64,000 nt of DNA from Thermoplasmata archaeon (lineage in GTDB: Archaea; Thermoplasmatota; Thermoplasmata; Lutacidiplasmatales; UBA184), in NCBI GenBank assembly GCA_035623855.1, contig DASPSQ010000001.1, positions 46,092 to 110,091 of the forward strand. The letters are read 5' to 3'. Position 1 is the first letter of the stretch. Each line of letters opens with the position of its first letter. Below the pieces are notes generated by a model. The model was not told the DNA's origin. It did no database searches and worked only from the letters and a program-made list of their open reading frames with translations. Positions 53,881 to 63,265 of this stretch are shown one piece after another. The position numbers and the translations under genes are program-made.

Positions 53881-55965
53881 ATGACCTTGCGGCGTGCGAG
53901 CCGTTCGGCTCGACCATGGACCGTTCCACTCCTAGTGGCAGCCGGCGTCGGAATCTTGTTGCCCATCGCGTCGATGGGAGGGAGTACGCTGGGCTACGGC
54001 CCCGAGAACACCGTCCCGTCCCCTTCGGAGGCACCCGCGGTCGTTGGCGCGTCATCGTTGCCGCCCACGGGCAGCGCCCCGTCGTCCCCTCCCGTCCAGA
54101 TCTGTGGGAACTCCTCTCTGCTCACGGGACCGGATACACCTCCGCCGGGCGCGGTCACGTTGCCCGCAGGGAACAACGGTAACATGTCCGCGAGCTACGA
54201 GCTCGCGCCGGACACCACCTATTGGTTAGCCCCGGGAGCCCACACGCTCGGCACGGGTCCGTTTTCCCAGTTCCAACCGGATGCGGGCGACACGTTCGTC
54301 GGAGGTCCGGGTGCGGTCGTGAACGGGCAGTCGGTGAACCAGTTCGCCTTTACGGACAACCCCAATTCGGGTTCGCCCAACGTCACCATCGAATACCTGA
54401 CGATCGTGAACTTCACCTCCGGAGAGGGCGAGGGGGTCGTCAATCAGGCGGGCCAGTCGGGTTGGGTCGTCGAACACAACACGATCGGGCCGAACGAGTT
54501 CAACGGTTCGAACCCGGGGGGTGCGGGGGTGATGCTCGGCTCCCACAACACGGTCGAGTACAATTGTCTCGCGCACAACGGCGAGTACGGTTTCAGTTCC
54601 TTCGGAGGTTCCGCCAACATCACGCTCTCCGACAACGAGATCGCGTTCAACGATGCCTACGGTGGATACGATCAACCGGGAAGCCCGATCTCCTGCGGCT
54701 GCTCGGGCGGTGGGAAGTTCTGGATCTCGAGCGACGTACGGGTGACCGACAACTACGTCCACGACAACGGCAACGTCGGCATCTGGGTCGACACGGACAA
54801 CACCGGGTTCCTGATCGCCCACAACTACATCGTCGACAACTACGCGGAGGGCGTCATCTACGAGATCAGCTACAACGGCCTGATCGAGAACAACACGTTC
54901 ATCCGCAACGCGATCAGCGCTGGCCCGACGGTCGCCGGTTTCCCGGATTCCGCCTTGTACATCTCGGAATCGGGGTTCGACGAGCGGGTCGCGAACCCGT
55001 TCCACGCCACCTCGTTCCTCGTGGCCGACAACGCCTTCAGCGACAACTGGGGCGGCGTCGTCGTCTGGGAGAACGCAAATCGCTACTGTTCGGACGGTAG
55101 CGACCAGGTCTGCACCCTCGTCGACCCGGCCGTGTTCAACCTGACGAACTGCGCGGCCCATCTAGGGGAACGCTCGCCCGTCAACTACTACGATAACTGC
55201 CGCTGGAGAGCCCAGAACGTGACCGTGGCGCACAACCTGTTCGCGTTCGACCCGTACGAGGTCGGGCCGACCTGCACGGTCGCCAACTACTGTGGAGACA
55301 ACGGCCTCTTCAGCAACTACGGCGAGCCGCCGTACAGCGGCCCTGCCGTCCCGATCAACATTACGTTCGACCAGAACAACCACTTCGAGGACAACACCTA
55401 CGCCGGACCCTGGCATTTCGAGGCGTGGAGCCAGGGGAACCCCGACAATCCCGTCAACGGGACCGTCTGGCGGGCGAATGTGACCGACCGATGCAGTCTA
55501 CCGGCGGAGAATTCCTCGGGAACGTGCGACAGCGGTTTCGGTCAGGACTCGGGGAGTGTCTTCGATGCCACGGTAGGTCCGTGGGTCTTCTCGTTCTCGG
55601 CCGACCCCTCGGCAGTGCGCGTCGGGGAACTCACGTTCCTCAACGCGTCCTCCATCGGTGGGGTCGGCCCCCTCCGGTACACCTACACGGGCCTGCCGGC
55701 GGGCTGCGCCTCGTCGAACACGAGCTCCCTGCGGTGCACTCCGTCGAGCCGCGGCCTATTCGACGTGACGGTCTACGTCAACGACTCGGCCAAAGAGAGC
55801 GCGAACGCCTCCACCGACCTCGAAGTGTACGGGACCAGCCCGCCACCGATGCCGGTCGCATCTCCGGACGTTTGGCCGTGGGTCGTCGTCGGGGCGATCC
55901 TCGTGGCGGGAGCGGTCGCCGGAGCCGTTTGGTTCGCCCGACGGCGACGCAAGTCGTCCGCCTGA
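53881..55965 (+). CDS. cell-surface protein: signal peptide, right-handed parallel beta-helix (pectate-lyase-like) repeats, Ig/PKD-like domain, C-terminal TM anchor
   Basis: Signal peptide LLVAAGVGILLPIASMGGS. Repeats of the form GSHNTVEYNCLAHNGEYGFSSFGGSANITLSDNEIAFN. C-terminus WPWVVVGAILVAGAVAGAVWFARRRRK. Many N-x-S/T sequons. Confidence 0.7.
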   Translation: MTLRRASRSARPWTVPLLVAAGVGILLPIASMGGSTLGYGPENTVPSPSEAPAVVGASSLPPTGSAPSSPPVQICGNSSLLTGPDTPPPGAVTLPAGNNGNMSASYELAPDTTYWLAPGAHTLGTGPFSQFQPDAGDTFVGGPGAVVNGQSVNQFAFTDNPNSGSPNVTIEYLTIVNFTSGEGEGVVNQAGQSGWVVEHNTIGPNEFNGSNPGGAGVMLGSHNTVEYNCLAHNGEYGFSSFGGSANITLSDNEIAFNDAYGGYDQPGSPISCGCSGGGKFWISSDVRVTDNYVHDNGNVGIWVDTDNTGFLIAHNYIVDNYAEGVIYEISYNGLIENNTFIRNAISAGPTVAGFPDSALYISESGFDERVANPFHATSFLVADNAFSDNWGGVVVWENANRYCSDGSDQVCTLVDPAVFNLTNCAAHLGERSPVNYYDNCRWRAQNVTVAHNLFAFDPYEVGPTCTVANYCGDNGLFSNYGEPPYSGPAVPINITFDQNNHFEDNTYAGPWHFEAWSQGNPDNPVNGTVWRANVTDRCSLPAENSSGTCDSGFGQDSGSVFDATVGPWVFSFSADPSAVRVGELTFLNASSIGGVGPLRYTYTGLPAGCASSNTSSLRCTPSSRGLFDVTVYVNDSAKESANASTDLEVYGTSPPPMPVASPDVWPWVVVGAILVAGAVAGAVWFARRRRKSSA

Positions 55966-56028
55966 ACGGTCGGTACGAGCGGAACGGTGTCGCAAGGGGT
56001 TTTCTCCCCGCGTCGACTGGGGGCGCCG

Positions 56029-56505
56029 ATGACCACCGAACTCGAGCTGATCCGCGACCTCTACCGTTACAACTCGAAAGGACGCCAGGGATACCTTCGC
56101 AAGATCTGGCAGCTCTCCCCCAAGGAACGGTACCGCGACCGGGGGGCGTCGTTCCCGTCGCTCGTCGACATCTACATGCACATTCTCGACGCCTACCGGT
56201 GGTGGTTCATCAAGGTCTATGGGAAGACCGAGTTCGACGAGTACCCTCTCGGCACGCGATACACTCTCGCCGAGGCCCGACGCGAGACCCGAAAGGTCGA
56301 CCGGATGCTCGACGACTTCTTGAGGGACCTCGGCCCGAAGGACCTCGAGCGCAAGGTCACCCTGCCCAACCGCCGCCGCGAACAGCTCACGGTACGCACC
56401 ATGCTGGTGCACATGATTGAAGAGGAACTCCAGCACAAGGGTGAGCTGAACGCGCTGCTCTGGCAGCAGGATGTGGACGCCCCGGTCCTTGGGTACGACG
56501 ATTAA
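56029..56505 (+). CDS. DinB/YfiT-like (DinB_2) protein
   Basis: LVHMIEEELQHKGELNALLWQQD corresponds to LTEHLLHLGEVEAMLWQMD of the 48955 paralog. Confidence 0.5.
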   Translation: MTTELELIRDLYRYNSKGRQGYLRKIWQLSPKERYRDRGASFPSLVDIYMHILDAYRWWFIKVYGKTEFDEYPLGTRYTLAEARRETRKVDRMLDDFLRDLGPKDLERKVTLPNRRREQLTVRTMLVHMIEEELQHKGELNALLWQQDVDAPVLGYDD

Positions 56506-56932
56506 TCCCGCGGGCGCTCTTCGAAGGCGCTCAGCGAACATCTAGCTCGGCCATCGGAATGGGGGACGGCGGATGGGTGCGTGGAGAGCTCGCCGCCCCC
56601 GACCGGGGACGCGAGCTCCCATCGGCCCCCGGTCGGAGCTCTCCCGCGCGACAGGGTAAAGAGTCGGGCGTGGGTTCTGGACCGTTGTGAAGTACGATTA
56701 TCCGGACGTCACGGAGGTCGCGCTCGACCGGGACACCCGCAAGCTCGTGGTGGTCACGGGAGGGAAACGGGTGATCGTCGACGGCGTCGACCGCCTGTAC
56801 GTCAACTCTCTCGCCTGGTCCGAGTCGACCGGGACGGTCCGCCTCGACCACGGCCGGGTCTCGGTGAACGGGAACATCGCCGCCGCCGAGGATTGAACCG
56901 ACCCCTCCGGAGTTCACCCACTCACTGGAATC

Positions 56933-57511
56933 ATGTCGCTCGAGCTGGACCGGGCGAAGACCGCGCTCGTCGTCATCGACCTGCAGAAAGGCATCGTCGC
57001 GGCCGGTAGGACGCTCGCGCCGCACTCGAGCGAAGAGGTCGTGCGCAACGCGGCGCGACTCGCCGATGCCTTCCGCCGGCACGGTATGCCGGTCTTTCTG
57101 GTCCACGTTGTCGCAGGCCCCCATGAACGGCTGAACGTCGTTGCGGACGACCCGGGCTGGCGCCCGAGCGGCCCGCCCTCGCCCGACGCTTCGGAGTTCG
57201 TGCCCGAACTTACTCCCCGCGAGGGCGACCTTCCGATCACGAAGAAGCAATGGGGAGCGTTCTACGGCACGGAGCTCGAGCTGCAGCTCCGGCGGAGGGG
57301 CATGACGACCATCGTTCTCTGCGGGGTCTCCACGAACTACGGCGTCGAGAGCACCGCCCGATTCGCCTACGAGTACGGTTTCCAGCAGGTGTTCGCGGAG
57401 GACGCGATGAGTTCCGGTTCCGTGGAAATGCACCAAGCCACCGTCAACTTCGTCCTCAAGCGGATCGGCCGCGTACGGACGACGGGCGAGATCCTCGAGG
57501 CCCTCGGCTAA
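56933..57511 (+). CDS. isochorismatase-family cysteine hydrolase
   Basis: ALVVIDLQKGIV...IVLCGVSTNYGVESTARFAYEYG (catalytic Cys in a VLCG context). Confidence 0.65.
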   Translation: MSLELDRAKTALVVIDLQKGIVAAGRTLAPHSSEEVVRNAARLADAFRRHGMPVFLVHVVAGPHERLNVVADDPGWRPSGPPSPDASEFVPELTPREGDLPITKKQWGAFYGTELELQLRRRGMTTIVLCGVSTNYGVESTARFAYEYGFQQVFAEDAMSSGSVEMHQATVNFVLKRIGRVRTTGEILEALG

Positions 57512-57618
57512 TCTGGCCCTGAAGCATCGCCGGGCAGGGCCGTGCATCTTCGAACTTTTCGAAGGGGCTTCGGTTGCCTCCCGCCGTGCTTAAAGGCGAC
57601 CCGGGTCCTCGGGAAGGC

Positions 57619-58074
57619 ATGGTGAAGACCCCGACGATCGAGCAGACGTTCTACTACGCCGTCGCCCCGGAGCGTGTCTATGCCGCGTTCACCGAGCCGA
57701 GCGAGCTCACCCGCTGGTTCGCCGACCAGGCGAAGGTCGCCGCGAAGAAAGGCGGTGCCTACCGACTCACTTGGTCGACCGGCTACACGATGCGAGGCAA
57801 GGTGAAAAGGGCGGAGCCGGGGAAGGAGCTCGTGGTGACCTGGGTCGACCGTTTCGAGGGGGGCAGGGTCTTCGAGACGGAGGCACGATTCACTTTCGCG
57901 AAACGCGGCCGAGGCACGCAGCTCAAGGTTACGCATCGAGGGTTCAAGTCCGGAAAGAGGTGGATCGCCCTGTACGGCGCGATACAATCCGGCTGGGCGT
58001 ACTACCTCACGAATCTGCGTTCCGTCGTGGAGCACGGGATCGACTTGAGGTCGGACCGGGACGCGCTCGGGTAA
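57619..58074 (+). CDS. SRPBCC family protein (AHSA1/Aha1-like domain)
   Basis: TFYYAVAPERVYAAFTEPSELTRWF....GGAYRLTW is the Aha1-domain signature. The ATG at 57619 is preceded by gggaagg. Confidence 0.6.
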   Translation: MVKTPTIEQTFYYAVAPERVYAAFTEPSELTRWFADQAKVAAKKGGAYRLTWSTGYTMRGKVKRAEPGKELVVTWVDRFEGGRVFETEARFTFAKRGRGTQLKVTHRGFKSGKRWIALYGAIQSGWAYYLTNLRSVVEHGIDLRSDRDALG

Positions 58075-58137
58075 TCTCCCCAGGGCGCCGGCGCCATGGG
58101 TCCGCCGGTCGGTGGCCGACGATGCTAGCGCCCCCCG

Positions 58138-58938
58138 TTGGAGGGGGGAGCCCGAATGGACCGACGAGGAGGAAGGGGTAAGGCCCTCCCGACCCGTACG
58201 GAACGTGTGGGGGAGGATACGGGACCGGTCGACCAACCCGCCTTCTCGGACCTCAATCAGCATCTCGCGAGCCTCGACGGTCGCGTCGGGTCCATGGCAC
58301 GACGGAGCCGTCGGTTCTCGTGGCTTTCCTGGGGGTTCCTGTTCGCCACCTACCTCGGCGTGTTTCTCTGGGCCATCATTGGCATCCTTTTCCCGGTCGT
58401 GACCGTGACCACCTTGACCGGTGGCGGCACTTCGACGACCACCACGTTCCCTTGGTGGGACTTCCCCGTGCTGAGCGTGCCGCCGGTCGCGATGCTGGCC
58501 TTCGCCTTCCGCGAACTGTTCCTCGGTCGCCGGGAAACCTCGAAGAGGACGAACGGTCCCATCGGTAATGACCCCAAGGAGTTCGGCGGATACGCCGCGG
58601 GCTGGACGGGAACCGTCCAGCGCTGCCAGCAACGGATTACGCACGCGAAGAGCGAGGTGGAGTGGTCGTTCGTCCCGATCGTCCTCGGATGGTTCTCCTT
58701 CGTGTGGATCGGGCTGGCCGCGCTGGAATCCGTCCTGGCGCCGGGCATCGGGCCGGTGGCCGTCCTCTTGTTCCCGCTCGTCGGACTCGCGAGTATCGTC
58801 CTGCTCTATCCGCTGTACCGATACGCGAAAGGCTGGATCGCGCAATATCAAGAACTCCTCAACCGACGGGTCGGCGAGCTGTCGAAACTCGAGGCCGAGT
58901 TTCTCTGGCGGTTCGCCGGAGGGGGCCTGCCGACATGA
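58138..58938 (+). CDS. hypothetical integral membrane protein
   Basis: Several TM helices (WLSWGFLFATYLGVFLWAIIGILFPVV; IVLGWFSFVWIGLAAL; VAVLLFPLVGLASIVLLYPLY). Confidence 0.45.
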   Translation: MEGGARMDRRGGRGKALPTRTERVGEDTGPVDQPAFSDLNQHLASLDGRVGSMARRSRRFSWLSWGFLFATYLGVFLWAIIGILFPVVTVTTLTGGGTSTTTTFPWWDFPVLSVPPVAMLAFAFRELFLGRRETSKRTNGPIGNDPKEFGGYAAGWTGTVQRCQQRITHAKSEVEWSFVPIVLGWFSFVWIGLAALESVLAPGIGPVAVLLFPLVGLASIVLLYPLYRYAKGWIAQYQELLNRRVGELSKLEAEFLWRFAGGGLPT

Positions 58939-59213
58939 TGGAGCGACCCGACCTCTTCGTCATCGGCCGATTGCTGGAAGCCCTCACGCCGGGCCCCCTG
59001 CTGCGGACCCAGCTCCAACAGAAGGCCGGCCTCAACTACTCGGTGTTCCAACGATACCTCGACTTCCTGGTCCGGTTGAACCTCGTGGTAGTCCGACCGG
59101 CCGACGACGGCCGCGTGGAGCTTTCGGAGAAAGGGGTGGAGGCGTACCGGTTTCTCTCCGAAGGACTCGTCCGTATCTTCGGGCTGACCGGTCACCCGAA
59201 GGTCGGTGGATAG
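58935..59213 (+). CDS. winged-helix DNA-binding protein (small putative transcription regulator)
   Basis: 92 aa. The ATG overlaps the upstream stop as ATGA. It has the LLRTQLQQKAGLNYSVFQRYLDFLVRLNLV HTH-like segment. Confidence 0.5.
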   Translation: MMERPDLFVIGRLLEALTPGPLLRTQLQQKAGLNYSVFQRYLDFLVRLNLVVVRPADDGRVELSEKGVEAYRFLSEGLVRIFGLTGHPKVGG

Positions 59214-59258
59214 CCGCGAATCGAGTTCCCGCCGCCGCCGATCGCGGCGAGCGGGAGC

Positions 59259-59990
59259 TCACTCCGGGGGGGCGGGGTCCAGCGTCAGGTAGAGCCGCTT
59301 GTTCCGCGCGCCCTTGTTCTCGATGCGTTCGAGCCGGGCCGTCCCCACCTCCGCCGTGTTCGCGACGTGCGTTCCCCCGTCCGCCTGGACATCGAACCCT
59401 TCGATATCGATCAGTCGAACGACCGCCACATCGGGCATCAGTTCCGGGGCGACCCGGATGAGGGTGGGGTCCTTCTCCGCCTCGGCCCGGGGCAGGGACC
59501 GGACCGTCACGGGCCGACGCTCACGGGCCACCGCGTTGACCCCTTCGATCAGGTTCTCGGCGAGGCTGCGGTCGAACTCGGGGATCGAGAAATCCATCCG
59601 GGCCCGTTCCGCGGTGATCTGGTTGCCGGTGATGACGCTGCCCAGGCGGCGATAGACCACGCCGCTCAGGATGTGAAGCGTCGTATGGTAGCGCATGTGA
59701 GCGTATCGTCGATCCCAATCGATCTCGCCCGCGACGGAATCGCCCGGCGCCAGCGTCCTCGCCCCGGCGACCTGATGCACGATCCCCCCCGGGGTCTTGC
59801 GCACGTCGACCACCTCGACCGTTCCGCCATCGGAGAGCGTTAGTTTCCCCCGGTCCGCGGGTTGGCCGCCCCCGGTGGGGTAGAACGCTGTACGGTCGAA
59901 CCGCACCCCCTCGGGCGAGACCTCCACGACCTTCGCGTCGAATCGCCGGAGATAGGCGTCCGTAAGGTAGAGCGCGTCGTTCAGTTCCAT
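59259..59990 (-). CDS. alaX: alanyl-tRNA editing protein AlaX-M (AlaRS editing-domain homolog)
   Basis: HTTLHILSGV zinc-binding HxxxH motif. It also has the ..GGTHV.. C-terminal motif. 243 aa. Confidence 0.75.
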   Translation of the reverse strand: MELNDALYLTDAYLRRFDAKVVEVSPEGVRFDRTAFYPTGGGQPADRGKLTLSDGGTVEVVDVRKTPGGIVHQVAGARTLAPGDSVAGEIDWDRRYAHMRYHTTLHILSGVVYRRLGSVITGNQITAERARMDFSIPEFDRSLAENLIEGVNAVARERRPVTVRSLPRAEAEKDPTLIRVAPELMPDVAVVRLIDIEGFDVQADGGTHVANTAEVGTARLERIENKGARNKRLYLTLDPAPPE

Positions 59991-60027
59991 GATCCGAAAG
60001 CCCGCCTCCGGGGTAGTGGAACGCTCC

Positions 60028-60348
60028 TTACGGCTGGATTCGGCCGACCTTGTATTCGATCGTTTCGGGTTTGTCGAGTCGGTGGTCGATCCTCAGGATG
60101 ACTGCGATGCGCTGGGCTCCCATGCGGAGGAGGGCCGCGTGGGCCCTCTGCACCGCGCGAAAGATGTCATCGAGGCTCGCCGCCTCGACGGCGGTCGACA
60201 TCGCCCCCGGCACGAGCCGGACGCCTCGAACGCTCGCCATAGCCTTCGAGGCGGCCCGAACGTAGTCGCCGAGGCTCGTTCCCTTTCCGATCGGATAGAT
60301 GGAGACATCGCCGATGACGCGGGGTCGGCTCCGGGGGGCTCGCGGCAT
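60028..60348 (-). CDS. MTH1187/YkoF-family protein
   Basis: IYPIGKGTSLGDYVRAASKAM....VPGAMSTAVEAASLDDIF. Confidence 0.6.
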   Translation of the reverse strand: MPRAPRSRPRVIGDVSIYPIGKGTSLGDYVRAASKAMASVRGVRLVPGAMSTAVEAASLDDIFRAVQRAHAALLRMGAQRIAVILRIDHRLDKPETIEYKVGRIQP

Positions 60349-60474
60349 ACCCCGTCGAACCGAGTTCGCTATTAATCGGGTGGCCCGTGGTTCGTCCTAC
60401 CGCAACGCTCCCCGGAACCCCTCCGGGGATCGGGTGAGAACCCCCCACCCACCCCCCGGCGGCTCCGGGTCGGT

Positions 60475-61065
60475 TTATAGACCCGCGGACAGCAGGGCGT
60501 TCATCGCCTGGGTGAGCGTGTGCTCGGGGTTCTGGGAAGAATCGAGCCGGATCCACCGGGGAGGCTGGAACATCTGCTCGAAGCTCGTCTTGACCCGTTG
60601 GAGGTAGGTCTCGTCGTCCGTCGCGTCGGTCTGACCGCTCTCGGCCATGCGACGAATCGCGAGGCTAATCGGCACGTCGAGGTACAGGATCAGGTCCGGC
60701 TCGATCGAGAGCGCCTGCTCGATCCGCTCGAGCTCGCGGAATTGCTCGACCGAGAGCGCGGGTGACAGGTAGGCGAGGGCGGAGTAGTACGAGCGGTCCT
60801 GGATGACCACGTCCCCCTGGAGGAGCGCCGATTCGACCTCGGGCCGCAGCATCGCCCGGTCGACCGAGAAGCAGAGCGCCGCGGCGAACGGGTCGCTCTT
60901 CGCGAGTCGGGCGTATTCGCTGCGGAGAAACTTGTCGGTCGGAGAACGGAAGCTGGAAACTGAGTGCCCACGCCGCAGGAGCGGCGGCACGAGCCGCGCG
61001 GCGAGCTCGGTCTTGCCCGTCCCGTCGATCCCATCGATGACGACGTAGGTGCCACGACTTCCCAT
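60475..61065 (-). CDS. tmk: thymidylate kinase
   Basis: P-loop VVIDGIDGTGKTE and DRSYYSALAY (DRY/LID region). The start is the internal ATG of ORF-track 60475..61143. Confidence 0.75.
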   Translation of the reverse strand: MGSRGTYVVIDGIDGTGKTELAARLVPPLLRRGHSVSSFRSPTDKFLRSEYARLAKSDPFAAALCFSVDRAMLRPEVESALLQGDVVIQDRSYYSALAYLSPALSVEQFRELERIEQALSIEPDLILYLDVPISLAIRRMAESGQTDATDDETYLQRVKTSFEQMFQPPRWIRLDSSQNPEHTLTQAMNALLSAGL

Positions 61066-61323
61066 CGAATCCTTCGAACTCCTTCCTTCGGGCCCCTCGT
61101 ACCGCCGGGTCGTGTGGATTGAGAGGGGGAAGTCCTCCCGCATGATAAACCCCGCAGAAATCGTCAGGGAACGTCGACCGTTGCTCGCCCCGTCACGAGG
61201 GAGCGGGCGGAAGGCCGCGGGGGTGACTCGACACGGCTAGGGCGGAGTCCCTCGCTCGGGAGGCCGCTTCATAAAGCGTCGAGTTCATCGCCGGTGCTCG
61301 AGGTGGACCTCGGCGGGTCAACC

Positions 61324-62712
61324 ATGCCGTCTCGGGACCGGTACGATGTCGTGATCGTGGGGGCGGGCGCGATGGGCCTCGCGTCCGCCTACCATCTCAT
61401 CCAACGCCACCCCGAGCTCGCGGTGCTCGTCGTGGACGCCCGCTCGGGCCCCGGCGAAGGCTCGATGGGCGCGAGCAACGGGATGGTGCGTGACGTCTTC
61501 AGCTCCGAGGACAACCACATCCTCGCGAAGGCGGCGATCGCGAGCTACCGAAAACTGATGGAGGAGCATGGGGAACTTCGCGCCCCCACGCCGCTGCTCG
61601 ACCGGTACGGCTACCTGTGGCTGCTCCCCGAACGCCTCTTCCAAGAATACCGGTCGATCGTTCGCCGAAGTCAGGGTTCCATCGACGCGGACGTGGTCGA
61701 GCTCGATGAGCTTCGCTCGTGTCCGGGGCTCGAGCTCGCGCCCCAACGATGGTACGAGGGCGACCGTGCGGTCCCCCCCGAGCCGATCGTGGGCGGGCTC
61801 TTCGGTCGAAACTGCGGCGCCGTCGCGCCCGAGCTCATGGCGAAGTTCTACCGGGACGAGGCCCAGCGCTTCGGGGTCGAGTTCGCGTTCGACACGTGCG
61901 TCCAGCGGCTCTCCTTCGAGGGCCGCGAGGAAATCCTACTCCACGAGCCCTCGAAGCGGCCGTTCTCGTTCCAGGAGCAGATGCAGGGACGGCTTCGCAT
62001 CCAGCAGGTCTGCTTCGGGGACGGCCGGTCCGTCCGCACCGACCGGGTGGTCGTCGCGGCGGGTGCGTGGGCGAACCAGATCCTCCACCCGCTCGGGGTT
62101 GCGACGGCGTGCAGCCCGAGGACCCAGCTACTCTTCTCGGTCGCGGGACCGGTCGTCGAGGAGCTCCTCGGCTGGAACCCACCCATCCGGCCGGTCGATA
62201 CCGACCACGGTCGGGCCCGGTTCCCGTTCCTGATCCTCCCTACGGGAGCCGTGCTGAAGCCGATCCTCCCCCAACGGCAGCTCTGGCTGGGCTACGTCGA
62301 TACGGTGGCCCACCCCATCGGCACGCGGGAGGACCCGGGCGTCGAGGGTCGCCTCGACTTTGACATGGCCCGCATGGGCGAGCGCGACGCGTTCGCGACG
62401 GACGCGCTGCCCCTCGTTACACCGTATCTCCCGAGGTTCGAGACGACGGGCGTCCGGCTCGAGAACGCATGGGGAGGATACTACAACTTCAGCCCCGAGG
62501 GTCTTCCGGTGCTTACCGAGGAACCGTACGGCGTCATCGCGGTCGGCGGTGACTCGGGAAGCGCGATCATGAAGGCCGACTCGATCGGCCGCCTGGTCGT
62601 CGCCCTGTTCGACGGCCGGCCCGAGGCCCAGCTGTTCGACGGTCGGTCGTATCGGGTCGACCGGCTGTCGCTCGAACGCCGGTCCGTGCAGGAAGAGAGA
62701 ATCATCCTCTAG
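61324..62712 (+). CDS. FAD-dependent oxidoreductase (DAO family)
   Basis: YDVVIVGAGAMGLASAY dinucleotide-binding motif at the N-terminus. Confidence 0.7.
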   Translation: MPSRDRYDVVIVGAGAMGLASAYHLIQRHPELAVLVVDARSGPGEGSMGASNGMVRDVFSSEDNHILAKAAIASYRKLMEEHGELRAPTPLLDRYGYLWLLPERLFQEYRSIVRRSQGSIDADVVELDELRSCPGLELAPQRWYEGDRAVPPEPIVGGLFGRNCGAVAPELMAKFYRDEAQRFGVEFAFDTCVQRLSFEGREEILLHEPSKRPFSFQEQMQGRLRIQQVCFGDGRSVRTDRVVVAAGAWANQILHPLGVATACSPRTQLLFSVAGPVVEELLGWNPPIRPVDTDHGRARFPFLILPTGAVLKPILPQRQLWLGYVDTVAHPIGTREDPGVEGRLDFDMARMGERDAFATDALPLVTPYLPRFETTGVRLENAWGGYYNFSPEGLPVLTEEPYGVIAVGGDSGSAIMKADSIGRLVVALFDGRPEAQLFDGRSYRVDRLSLERRSVQEERIIL

Positions 62713-62806
62713 CGCGGTAACGGTCCTATCGGGCCGGCCGCGGTGTTTCACGACCCCCCTGGGGTCTTTAATCGTCCCGCCTACTCGCTGCCTACCGAAG
62801 GAATCT

Positions 62807-63265
62807 ATGATCGTCCTCGCGGATTGCGCCGTAACGGTCTCGGACACGAAGAAGGCGACCCGCTGGTGGGTCGAGAAGCTGGGATTTGCGGTACACACGG
62901 TCGGAGGCAGTGAGCACTCCGTGATGGTCGCGCCCCCAGGGGACAAGTTCGTGCTCCACCTGTGCGCGGGGTTCGAACCCGCGGAACCGGGCAACACCGG
63001 CGTCGCCTTCATGACCGACGACATCGAGGCTCTGGTGGCCCGGATGGAGGCGGCGGGGGTCGAGTTCCCGGAGCCGCTGAGGAAGGAGGCGTGGGGGTCG
63101 ATCGCGAAGTTCGCCGACCCCGACGGCAACATCTTTTGGCTGCTCGGGGCCCCGACATCGTTCGTCCGCACCGAGGCGCGGCGGCGGGCGCCCGCTCGGA
63201 CTCCGGCCGCCCGCGCCTCGCCCCGTCGGCGGGCCGGCTCCCGCGCGTCGCGTCGCGCGCGCTAA
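62807..63265 (+). CDS. VOC family protein with Arg/Ala-rich C-terminal tail
   Basis: VSDTKKATRWWVEKLGF...FADPDGNIFWLL. Confidence 0.5.
   Translation: MIVLADCAVTVSDTKKATRWWVEKLGFAVHTVGGSEHSVMVAPPGDKFVLHLCAGFEPAEPGNTGVAFMTDDIEALVARMEAAGVEFPEPLRKEAWGSIAKFADPDGNIFWLLGAPTSFVRTEARRRAPARTPAARASPRRRAGSRASRRAR

Noticed and set aside
54226-58851. Several long minus-strand ORFs (311, 338 and 447 aa)
   Set aside because: They are antisense to the beta-helix protein, the isochorismatase and SRPBCC genes and the membrane protein. The translations are Arg/Gly/Asp-rich without motifs.
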